From an uncultured archaeon (lineage in GTDB: Archaea > Asgardarchaeota > Lokiarchaeia > Sigyniarchaeales > SOKP01): 37,196 nucleotides of DNA. Numbering within the stretch: position 1 is the first letter of the stretch; each line of letters opens with the position of its first letter. The translations under genes were made by a program, and so were the position numbers. Shown one piece after another: positions 10,648 to 18,763 of this stretch. Location of the stretch: the NCBI GenBank assembly GCA_964632315.1, contig CAZWEM010000012.1, forward strand, positions 61,842 through 99,037, written 5' to 3'. The notes beneath the pieces are model-generated. The model saw only the letters and a list, made by a program, of their open reading frames with translations, did not search any database and was not told where the DNA came from.

Positions 10648-11487
10648 TTATATCTCAACTATAATCTGATCATCCATTATTGGCATTACCACTTTTATTT
10701 CAGGGTATTTGTTTTTCATGAGGTTAAAAAATGGTTTAAGATTTTCAAGTCTGCTAATTGGAGGATAAAAATCATCCCAATGTATGGGGATAACATATTT
10801 GGGTTTCAATAAACCAATCATTTTACCCGCTTTCTTTGCGATATTCCTCTTGCTATTTCCTGCCAAAGGAGCGATTAAAATGTAACAATTTTGATATTTC
10901 TTAAGTACATCCTCATATTTGTGCCATAAACTCCCAAATGATACGATTCTTTTATCATAAAACTGGATGTTAAAACCAAATACCTTTCCCATCTGGAATG
11001 TTTTCCCTAGATGAACCATTGATCTTGCTTGTTTTAAAAATTTCCATGAAAATAATCTTGAAAGAATGGTAGGGATATCAAACCTTATATGTTCAGATTT
11101 GAATAACTCTACTGAAATATTTGAAGTTAGAAAAATTTTCTCAAAATAGTTACAAGCTTGAATTTTATTGATTGTCGATTCAGACAAGGGACCGAGTCGT
11201 GTATCCAATATTTCTCCGTTAGACCAATTTAAAATATTTCTCTTAGCAGTTTCAGAGCAGTAGATTGGTATATCTAATTTTTCTGCAAGCCATCCGGCTT
11301 CGGTGAGGTGATCAAAATGACCATGAGAAATGAAAATTGCATCAATATCCTCAATATCTTCTTTTTTAGTTACCAATTCAGGAAAAGACTTTTCATTTCG
11401 ATAAAAAAAAGGATCAAAAAGCAAATTTTTTCCATTCAGCGTCAGAACGAAGTTTGCTGTTCCATACCAAGTAAATTTAATCTTCAT
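10648..11487 (-). CDS. Metallo-beta-lactamase-fold hydrolase (UlaG/UPF0173-like)
   Basis: LLFDPF, SHGHFDH and IPIHWD motifs. Confidence 0.9.
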   Translation of the reverse strand: MKIKFTWYGTANFVLTLNGKNLLFDPFFYRNEKSFPELVTKKEDIEDIDAIFISHGHFDHLTEAGWLAEKLDIPIYCSETAKRNILNWSNGEILDTRLGPLSESTINKIQACNYFEKIFLTSNISVELFKSEHIRFDIPTILSRLFSWKFLKQARSMVHLGKTFQMGKVFGFNIQFYDKRIVSFGSLWHKYEDVLKKYQNCYILIAPLAGNSKRNIAKKAGKMIGLLKPKYVIPIHWDDFYPPISRLENLKPFFNLMKNKYPEIKVVMPIMDDQIIVEI

Positions 11488-11565
11488 TTTATAATTTCAC
11501 AAAAATGCAGGCGTAGATTTTGGATTATAAATAAATAAAAAAAATATTTAAATTTAAAATATCAA

Positions 11566-12033
11566 TTAGGACCAATTGTAAGTCCTTGGACCCATAAATA
11601 TTAATAATATGGCAGGTAACAGTACAAAAATTCCACCCCAATAATACCAACTGAAAATGGTAAAAATTATGCCCCATATTAGCATCCAAGGGATTTTAGT
11701 ATTACCCAATGCAAGAGTCCAACTGTACAATGCTTCCCAGTCTTGATCAGCGCACTTATTTGAGAATTTTGGTCTAATTATAGCGAAGGAAATGAATATT
11801 AAGATTATTGCTCCTATGATTGCCCAGACACCTCCAAAGTAAGCTGGAGCAATTCCAAGTGCTTGATAATACGGTAATAAACTTATCTCTACAGATATTA
11901 ACCAAATTCCCCAGATTAAATTAATTATTCCATTTATTAATCCAAAAATCCAAGCCCATTTTCCTAATGTTGAAACTATGGATGCAAATTGCCAAGTTTT
12001 CGGAGTGCTGGGTTGTGGTTGCGATTCATTCAT
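11566..12033 (-). CDS. Hypothetical Trp-rich membrane protein
   Basis: About four TM helices. The likely start is ATG 12033 after GAGGAA (the ORF track extends it to 12075). Confidence 0.75.
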   Translation of the reverse strand: MNESQPQPSTPKTWQFASIVSTLGKWAWIFGLINGIINLIWGIWLISVEISLLPYYQALGIAPAYFGGVWAIIGAIILIFISFAIIRPKFSNKCADQDWEALYSWTLALGNTKIPWMLIWGIIFTIFSWYYWGGIFVLLPAILLIFMGPRTYNWS

Positions 12034-12192
12034 ATTTAATTCCTCTTTACTTTTATATGATTTCTTATACCTCAAAAAAACTAAAGGTAAATATTATATT
12101 CTTTATCTAAAACTTCGAATTTAAAATTAATTATTTTGGCTTAAACAAATGTCCAAAAAAGAAAGGTAAAACACTGATTTTAAAAATAGTGA

Positions 12193-13665
12193 TTATTGAT
12201 CGGACTGAGGTTCAAGAATTTCACCTACATAATATAACCCCACAAGATTTCCCCTTAGTTGAAATTTTCTTGAAACCAACAAGATTATTACGTGCTCATT
12301 TTCATCTATTTTCCCTATCTCGACTCCAAATTTAACAGATTCTTCAATCAAGCTTTCTGCATCCAAATTGAAAAAATCTATGTTCTCAATATAAATTGGT
12401 TGAACTCCCCAAATCATACTCATCTCTCTCGAGGTCCTCTCGAATGGCGTCATTGCAATTATGGGAAGTGGAGGCCGAAATTTTGAGATCATGCGTGCGC
12501 CATAACCATGTCGTGTTATTACTAAAATTTTCCCTCTAAAGTTGAGTTGTTCCATTTCTTTTGACAAAGAATGAATCGCATGACCAAGAGTTTGAGTATG
12601 AGTTAATCTGTCTGAATCGTAATCATCAGGAGATCTAAGAGGGGAATTCAGACTTGCTGTAGTCGCGATTTTATTCATGTATTCGACAGAATTAATCGGA
12701 AATTTACCTACTGCTGTTTCGGCTGAAAGCATGACAGCATCGGTACCATCAATTACTGCATTGAACACATCATTCGCTTCTGCTCTTGTGGGAATCGGAG
12801 TATTGACCATTGATTCTAACATTTGGGTTGCTACAATAACTGGCTTTCCTTCCTTGTTACATTTATATATTAACTCTTTTTGTTTAAGAGGAACTTGATC
12901 TGGAGAAATTTCTACACCTAGATCCCCTCTTGCGACCATTATGCCATCGGAAACTTCTAAAATTTGCTCAAAATTAGTGAGAGCTATGGGGCGTTCAATT
13001 TTTGAAATTAGCTTGATATCACTATTCCCATAATTCTCTAATAGTTTTTTAACAGTTAAAACATCATCCCCACTTCCCACAAAGGAAATTGCAACAAATT
13101 CGGGATTTAATTTAGCAATAAATTCTAAATCTTTAATATCCTTTTCCGTGGGAACTTTTGTTTCCAGATCACTAGAAGGAATATTGACTCCTTTATTGTT
13201 ACTTATAGTTCCACCGGCAATAACTTCTCCAACTAAATGATCCTTTTCCTTATCTACAACTTTAATCTTTATAATCCCATCATTAATATAGAAAAATTCT
13301 CCCTTTTTCATTGATTTTATAAACCCAGGTAAGGGAATCGAAAACTGATCTTGAGTTCCTCCACCATCGATTTCATGCTCAAATACCTTGACTTCTTGAC
13401 CCACATTGAGGGAAAATGATTTATCATCCTTAAATCTCCCAACTCTTATTTTAGGACCTTGAATATCCGCTAGAATTGCTACTGAGTTGTTTATTTCTCT
13501 AATTCTTTCAAAAATTCGTTTCATTTCTTCATGATCCCCATGAGAAAAGTTTAAACGAAAAACATCGACACCCGCTTCAATTAACCTTGTAATCATTTGC
13601 TTGGATTCAGAAGCAGGACCTAGAGTGGCTACTATTTTAACGGGATTATCTCGAAATGACATCAT
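12193..13665 (-). CDS. pyk: Pyruvate kinase
   Basis: KIVATLGPAS, RLNFSHG, DIQGPKIR, ISKIE, MVARGDLGVE, ATQMLESM, PTRAE and DAVMLSAETA motifs. Confidence 0.98.
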   Translation of the reverse strand: MMSFRDNPVKIVATLGPASESKQMITRLIEAGVDVFRLNFSHGDHEEMKRIFERIREINNSVAILADIQGPKIRVGRFKDDKSFSLNVGQEVKVFEHEIDGGGTQDQFSIPLPGFIKSMKKGEFFYINDGIIKIKVVDKEKDHLVGEVIAGGTISNNKGVNIPSSDLETKVPTEKDIKDLEFIAKLNPEFVAISFVGSGDDVLTVKKLLENYGNSDIKLISKIERPIALTNFEQILEVSDGIMVARGDLGVEISPDQVPLKQKELIYKCNKEGKPVIVATQMLESMVNTPIPTRAEANDVFNAVIDGTDAVMLSAETAVGKFPINSVEYMNKIATTASLNSPLRSPDDYDSDRLTHTQTLGHAIHSLSKEMEQLNFRGKILVITRHGYGARMISKFRPPLPIIAMTPFERTSREMSMIWGVQPIYIENIDFFNLDAESLIEESVKFGVEIGKIDENEHVIILLVSRKFQLRGNLVGLYYVGEILEPQSDQ

Positions 13666-13741
13666 AATACTTCATTCTGGTAGTTTTTTATATATATATC
13701 AAATTACTAATATTAATCTTACATATTATTTATAAAAGTAA

Positions 13742-14218
13742 TCAATCACATGATAATTTAATTAACTTATCCATTTTCTCTTGAAACGATAACTTTATAT
13801 CATTTAATCTATCCCTCAAATTCGTGAGTTCATCAAGATTTTTCAATTCTGATAAGCATAATAAGCTTATTCTTGAGTTATTAGGATGAAGTGAAAATTG
13901 TATCAATTGAAAACTCAGGGGGTTTTTTTTCATAGTTTTCTTTGCAAGGTTGACTAAAAAATCAGAACTCTGTGATGCTAATCGTTTTGTAAGAAAATAC
14001 CTTAATTTTTGATCAATCGAAGGATCGCTAATAACAATTAAATAAAAATTTTTAAAATCATTAAATAGTTGATAAATATTTTTAATGGAATATACCCTTT
14101 GAACGCCCTCAATATTCTCCGAGATTGGCGGATATTTTTCTTTAAGTTTTTTAGCATTCTCGAACAAGCCATTTTCTTTTAATACCTTCAGATTATTCTT
14201 TCTTCTCATCTTTTTCAA
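13742..14218 (-). CDS. Hypothetical protein
   Basis: 158-aa ORF (ATG at 14209 is the probable start). No motif recognised. Confidence 0.65.
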   Translation of the reverse strand: MKKMRRKNNLKVLKENGLFENAKKLKEKYPPISENIEGVQRVYSIKNIYQLFNDFKNFYLIVISDPSIDQKLRYFLTKRLASQSSDFLVNLAKKTMKKNPLSFQLIQFSLHPNNSRISLLCLSELKNLDELTNLRDRLNDIKLSFQEKMDKLIKLSCD

Positions 14219-14546
14219 TTTTCTTCTATATCTTCTACAACAAAATCAAGTTTGAGATCTAATAAAGTTTGCCAATAAAAAAATCAAAAATGTGGAACTT
14301 AAGCCATTTTTTACTCGAATATTCAAGCGTATTTAAATAGTAATCATTGACATAAAAATCAAATAATCGAAACTATTAAATAGGATCTTTTTTATATTAA
14401 TCTGCTGTCGAATATTATCATTTAAGATACTCTTGAGGGCTATCATCAACTGAAATATCTACAACTAAGAACTCTAGATTTACAAGTTTTAATAGTGCAT
14501 TTTATATATAACCAATTTATTACTAAAGTGATTACAAAAGAGGAAA

Positions 14547-14765
14547 ATGATGGAATTAGAACATGTAATAAAAATTAAGGATATTTCATTTACTATGTTT
14601 TTGGATTGGGATAAATATAAAAATCGTTTCTATAATAACCTGTATTTAGATGAGTATAAATTTGTTATTAAAATGCCTTTATTAACTGAAAAAAAAAATA
14701 AAGATAAACTGAAAATAAAAAAATTTAGCTTAACGAGATATACTTATCTTGTGTCTTATGAGTAA
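14547..14765 (+). CDS. Small hypothetical protein
   Basis: 72 aa, with GAGG just upstream, TTTATATA near 14501 and a T-run after the stop. Confidence 0.6.
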   Translation: MMELEHVIKIKDISFTMFLDWDKYKNRFYNNLYLDEYKFVIKMPLLTEKKNKDKLKIKKFSLTRYTYLVSYE

Positions 14766-14811
14766 TTTTTTGCTAAAATTTACCTTTTAATTCTTTTTAA
14801 TTTTTTTTAGA

Positions 14812-14940
14812 TCATAGATCTTTTATTTGCTCTTTTAAATGAATATTCCAACAATGAAAGCAAATAAAAGTACTTGGACTAAGTTTGACTAAATCTTTTT
14901 CTGACCTTATCATTCCACATTTACTGCATTTTCTCTTCAT
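14812..14940 (-). CDS. 42-aa zinc-finger microprotein (CxxC-x18-CxxC)
   Basis: Manual translation: MKRKCSKCGMIRSEKDLVKLSPSTFICFHCWNIHLKEQIKDL*. Below the ORF-track size cut-off. Confidence 0.75.
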   Translation of the reverse strand: MKRKCSKCGMIRSEKDLVKLSPSTFICFHCWNIHLKEQIKDL

Positions 14941-15008
14941 AAATGATCTAGCGATAAACTGAAATTAAAATTTGATCATCAAAAAAAGTTATCAATAAAG
15001 GAAAAAGT

Positions 15009-15147
15009 AATGGATGTTTCGCCATAAAATAAAAAATTAAAGGGGGAGAAAATTAAACCGCTTTTTCGGTTTAATAGAGGGCTTAATCAAGCAAATCGAA
15101 TTGACCTACCTTGAAATCCAATGTACTATTTATGGCTTTCATCCATT
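15009..15147 (-). ncRNA. Candidate ~140-nt structured small RNA
   Basis: The ends pair through two 8-bp helices and there are two internal hairpins. A TTTATATA box lies 23 nt upstream and an oligo-U run immediately downstream. Confidence 0.55.
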
Positions 15148-15521
15148 TAATTATATGTTTGTTCGAAGTTATATAAAAATGATAGAGTCTATCTCAAAAT
15201 TGTGATCATAACACGCAATTAATATTGAGATCGACAATAATGTCTATATCTGAATTCAAATTCATAATAAGGACCTTAGTAAAAATCGGAGAATTTTTCT
15301 TCATCGAAAATTAGATTTTCACTTAAATTAAAAGTTGAAATTAAAAGAAAAAATGGAAATAATATTTAGAATCTAAATCCGTAATATATGTTTATGATTA
15401 ATAATAAACTGCTTCTCAGAGAAATGGGGTTGAAGAAAAAAGTTGGAATCAAATAATCTATCGAGAATTATAAATAATATTAATTTTTACTCTTCAAAAG
15501 AAAATTTATAGGAATTATAAA

Positions 15522-16058
15522 ATGAGTTTTCATATATCTCAGAAAAAGATCAAAGCAAGAATAAAAAAATTAGCGGTCGAAATCTATAATTATTACAAAA
15601 AAAAGAAAATTAATGAAATTCATTTCATATTCATCACAACGAGTTCTTTCGTGTTTGCTTCTGACTTAATTCGACAATTATCTCGTTTTGACATTAAAAT
15701 TCATACGGAACACATTTCTATTAGATCTTATTCAGGAGTAGAATCATCTGAGGTATTTATAAGAAAAGAAAAGCTTAATAGAATGAATTTAGATAAAAGG
15801 GCGGTTCTAATCGTTGATGATATATTAGATACAGGAAATACCTTAAATTGCTTAAACAAGGCGATACACGGGCTTTATAATCCTTTAATGATTGATTTTT
15901 GTTGTCTCATGAGAAAGAGAGGGAAAGAGAGAAACATCGATTTTTATGTTAAATTTATCGGCTTTGATATTCCTAATATATTTGTTGTAGGATATGGACT
16001 TGACTATAACGGGCTCTATAGAGAATTGCCTTTTATAAAGGAATTAAAATCCCACTAA
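15522..16058 (+). CDS. hpt: Hypoxanthine(-guanine) phosphoribosyltransferase
   Basis: PRPP motif VLIVDDILDTGNTL, SY loop and FVVGYGLDY...YRELP. Confidence 0.88.
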   Translation: MSFHISQKKIKARIKKLAVEIYNYYKKKKINEIHFIFITTSSFVFASDLIRQLSRFDIKIHTEHISIRSYSGVESSEVFIRKEKLNRMNLDKRAVLIVDDILDTGNTLNCLNKAIHGLYNPLMIDFCCLMRKRGKERNIDFYVKFIGFDIPNIFVVGYGLDYNGLYRELPFIKELKSH

Positions 16059-16753
16059 CTAAAATCAAATACATTTGATCTATTTTTTTTACCAACAATT
16101 TTTAGTAAATTCATTTTTCTTAGGCAGTAAGTCATCATACTTGCTAATCTTTGAGAGATAATAATTGATTTAGAGAGATCATTATTGGTAAATGGTGTTT
16201 CTAAATCGCTTGGCAGTAAGGCTAGAAAATGTTCTGGACTCGAAAATAATTTTTGATCTAAAATTCGGATTAAATTCCTATCTTTTATGCTCCATCCCCT
16301 TCTTTTCCAACTTCCTCTATCATCATTAACCCATATCTCATTAGCTTGAATAATTAATGCCTCAATCATCAAATTAGGTTCACAAATTAGGTCAGGCATC
16401 CTAATTAGTTCTTCAAAAATGGCATAGTAATTACAGTGTTTAGGAGATAATGTTCTTTTTATAATTTTTTTATTATTTAGATCAAACTTGAGGATCCATT
16501 TATCTTGGATAATGGGAAATACCAACAAAACTTTATAGTCCCTAATAAGTGTTTCAAGTTTCTTTTTTATCGCGGAAAAATTCTTGGTCTGAACTTCTAT
16601 TAAATAGTTTTTCCTAACAATGTCAATAATAAATTTATCCACATGGTATTCTATTTTATCTCCTGGTTGGTGATAATATTCCTTCAATTGTAAATGGAGT
16701 GAACTTTCAGAGGAGCTATTATTTTGATTAACAATTTTACTTAAATTAATCAT
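16055..16753 (-). CDS. Hypothetical protein, PD-(D/E)xK-like nuclease fold with C-terminal winged helix
   Basis: ESSLH...E...IDIV...IEVQ pattern and a C-terminal HTH-like segment. Overlaps the hpt stop by 4 nt. Confidence 0.55.
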   Translation of the reverse strand: MINLSKIVNQNNSSSESSLHLQLKEYYHQPGDKIEYHVDKFIIDIVRKNYLIEVQTKNFSAIKKKLETLIRDYKVLLVFPIIQDKWILKFDLNNKKIIKRTLSPKHCNYYAIFEELIRMPDLICEPNLMIEALIIQANEIWVNDDRGSWKRRGWSIKDRNLIRILDQKLFSSPEHFLALLPSDLETPFTNNDLSKSIIISQRLASMMTYCLRKMNLLKIVGKKNRSNVFDFS

Positions 16754-16800
16754 ATATTTAGTATAAGATTAGTTAAATTATATAAGACTGTAATATCCAT

Positions 16801-18231
16801 TTATTTAGGAGTTATTGGTTGATAATTAAAATCAGAATTTTTGCCTCGTTCCATATAAAAAAACTCTGAGGATGAAGGATTGAACTTTTCTTTTAGTATT
16901 TTGATTACCTCCATTCCTTTTTCAAATTCATCACAAATAAATATATCTATGCTAATATATCCGTGTTCAGGCCAAGTATGAATCGCAGCATGACTTGTTT
17001 GAAGAATCGCAACAGAAGTGTAACCATGAGGTTTGTAGGGATGGTGGAACACATCAATTATTTTTAATTGCGCAGATTCAAGAGAATGATAAAAAAAATT
17101 TTCAATTCTGCCATTATCAAATAACATTGCTTGATTGTTAAAACGAAGTTCACCTATGAAATGATAACCTAGAGGGCGGAAAGGGAGCCCTTTTTGACTC
17201 TTTACTTCTGAAGTATAAATTGGGTTTAATTTTTGATCTAAATTATGACTTATTGAGTTTGCTTGCTCTGTTAATTGTAAATAATAGAGATGACTAAATT
17301 GACCTAAGATACTTGCTCCTTTATACAAATTAAAATAAGGAATCATCTCATTTATAATGAATCCATGATCCAATATTGACAATTGAACGTGGAGCAATTC
17401 ATTTGGAGGTTTATTACCAAAGCTTAATAAGCATTTTTTTCCAATAACATCATGTTGATCTTTATCTATCTGTATTTTGGTTCGGAGTGCTTGCTGAGCT
17501 CTTTTTAAAAATAATCTCAATCCTTCATTGGTATAGGGAGGATCTGTAATTACCAAATCATATTTGTTTATTATGTTTGATGGTAAAGGATCTCTAAGAT
17601 CATGCGAAACTACATTGTAGTTTTTTATTGATAAATTGTTTGCTTTAACAGAAAGAAAATCAATAACGTGAGGATCGATATCAATCACCGTTAATTCTTC
17701 GATTAAACCTAATGATCCAATTAACAACGATGTTGCATCATCGTCTCCCAAAAATAGTATTTTTCTTCCTTCAAGATCTCCTTTTTTCAATAGATAAAGC
17801 ATTCGATTAATTACTGTATCAGAAGTAGCATGAGATTGATCCAAGGAAAAATCTGCATCAGGTCGCTCATTTAAAACTTCATTGATATTTTTTAGACCAT
17901 CTTTATTTAAATCATCTGGGATGGTTAAATCCAGAGAATTATAATTTGGAATGGGATCATATTCGTATTTAAGATTGAGGTATTCTCGAATCCACGTTCT
18001 ACCTTTTTCACCGAGGAAGTTCTTTTTCTCAATTATTCCCGCTTTTACTAATTCTCCTCTTACCGCTGCTAATGCTGGGATTGCAATTCCTGTTTTCTGA
18101 GACACTTTTTTATTTTTTAGTGAGGGAAAACGAAACATTGTCAACATAATCGATCTTACACCTTCACTTCCTTCTAATAAATTGGCTTTTTCAGCTATTA
18201 AGGTTAAAATCCTTTCCGTGTTTAGTTGCAT
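16801..18231 (-). CDS. Fusion of branched-chain polyamine synthase BpsA-like aminopropyltransferase and pyruvoyl SAM decarboxylase (SpeD-like)
   Basis: BpsA motifs DQ, GDLEGR, LGDDD, DID, DLRDPLP and TDPPYT. The C-terminal ~120 aa has GYHFI...PHGYT...LQT-SHAAIHTWPEHGYISIDIFIC. Confidence 0.85.
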   Translation of the reverse strand: MQLNTERILTLIAEKANLLEGSEGVRSIMLTMFRFPSLKNKKVSQKTGIAIPALAAVRGELVKAGIIEKKNFLGEKGRTWIREYLNLKYEYDPIPNYNSLDLTIPDDLNKDGLKNINEVLNERPDADFSLDQSHATSDTVINRMLYLLKKGDLEGRKILFLGDDDATSLLIGSLGLIEELTVIDIDPHVIDFLSVKANNLSIKNYNVVSHDLRDPLPSNIINKYDLVITDPPYTNEGLRLFLKRAQQALRTKIQIDKDQHDVIGKKCLLSFGNKPPNELLHVQLSILDHGFIINEMIPYFNLYKGASILGQFSHLYYLQLTEQANSISHNLDQKLNPIYTSEVKSQKGLPFRPLGYHFIGELRFNNQAMLFDNGRIENFFYHSLESAQLKIIDVFHHPYKPHGYTSVAILQTSHAAIHTWPEHGYISIDIFICDEFEKGMEVIKILKEKFNPSSSEFFYMERGKNSDFNYQPITPK

Positions 18232-18376
18232 GATAGATCAATAGAGTGGATTACTTTAAGTTATTTTCAAAAAATGGTTCAGTAAATAGAAAATTTTAAA
18301 ATTATAAGCGTTAAGTATATACTTTCTAACATGTGCCCATATTCCAGTTGTATATTATTTTATAAAATACAATTTT

Positions 18377-18408
18377 TCTGATTTGTACGAAAAATATGAA
18401 TTATATGA
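18377..18408. promoter_or_regulatory. Four direct repeats TMYGA with 9-bp period upstream of the AbrB-like regulator
   Basis: TCTGA 18377, TACGA 18386, TATGA 18395 and TATGA 18404. Confidence 0.4.
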
Positions 18409-18466
18409 TAAACTTTAATTGTTTCGTCTGTTTTTACATTATAATTAGTTATTTTTAGGGGAAAAA

Positions 18467-18745
18467 ATTATTTTTGGAAAATTAGAATTTTATGGTAGTG
18501 CAACTGTAGGCGAACGGGGACAAGTCGTTTTACCAATAGAATTACGAAAAAAAATAGAACTTGAAGCAGGCGAGAAGTTAATTGTTATGGGGACAGAGGG
18601 GCAAAATGTAGTTCTTTTACTCAAAGCAGATTTCTTGACTCACATGTTAAATAAGATGGAAAAAGGACAAAACGAGTTAAAGAAATATCTAATGGACAAT
18701 CCTCTTTCTATAGAAACAGAAGACAAAGAAATAGAGTCTAAATAA
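18467..18745 (+). CDS. AbrB/MazE/SpoVT-family transcriptional regulator (no canonical start codon; ATT presumed)
   Basis: Not in the ORF track. The frame reads IIFGKLEFYGSATVGERGQVVLPIELRKKIELEAGEKLIVMG...EIESK*. AGGGG at 18457-18461 and an in-frame TAG at 18446. Confidence 0.8.
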   Translation: MIFGKLEFYGSATVGERGQVVLPIELRKKIELEAGEKLIVMGTEGQNVVLLLKADFLTHMLNKMEKGQNELKKYLMDNPLSIETEDKEIESK

Positions 18746-18763
18746 GTTAATGGTGATTATATA

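Noticed and set aside
15087-15147. Box C/D guide RNA interpretation of the structured RNA
   Set aside because: No proper RUGAUGA/CUGA boxes, and the putative box C is locked in a Watson-Crick stem.
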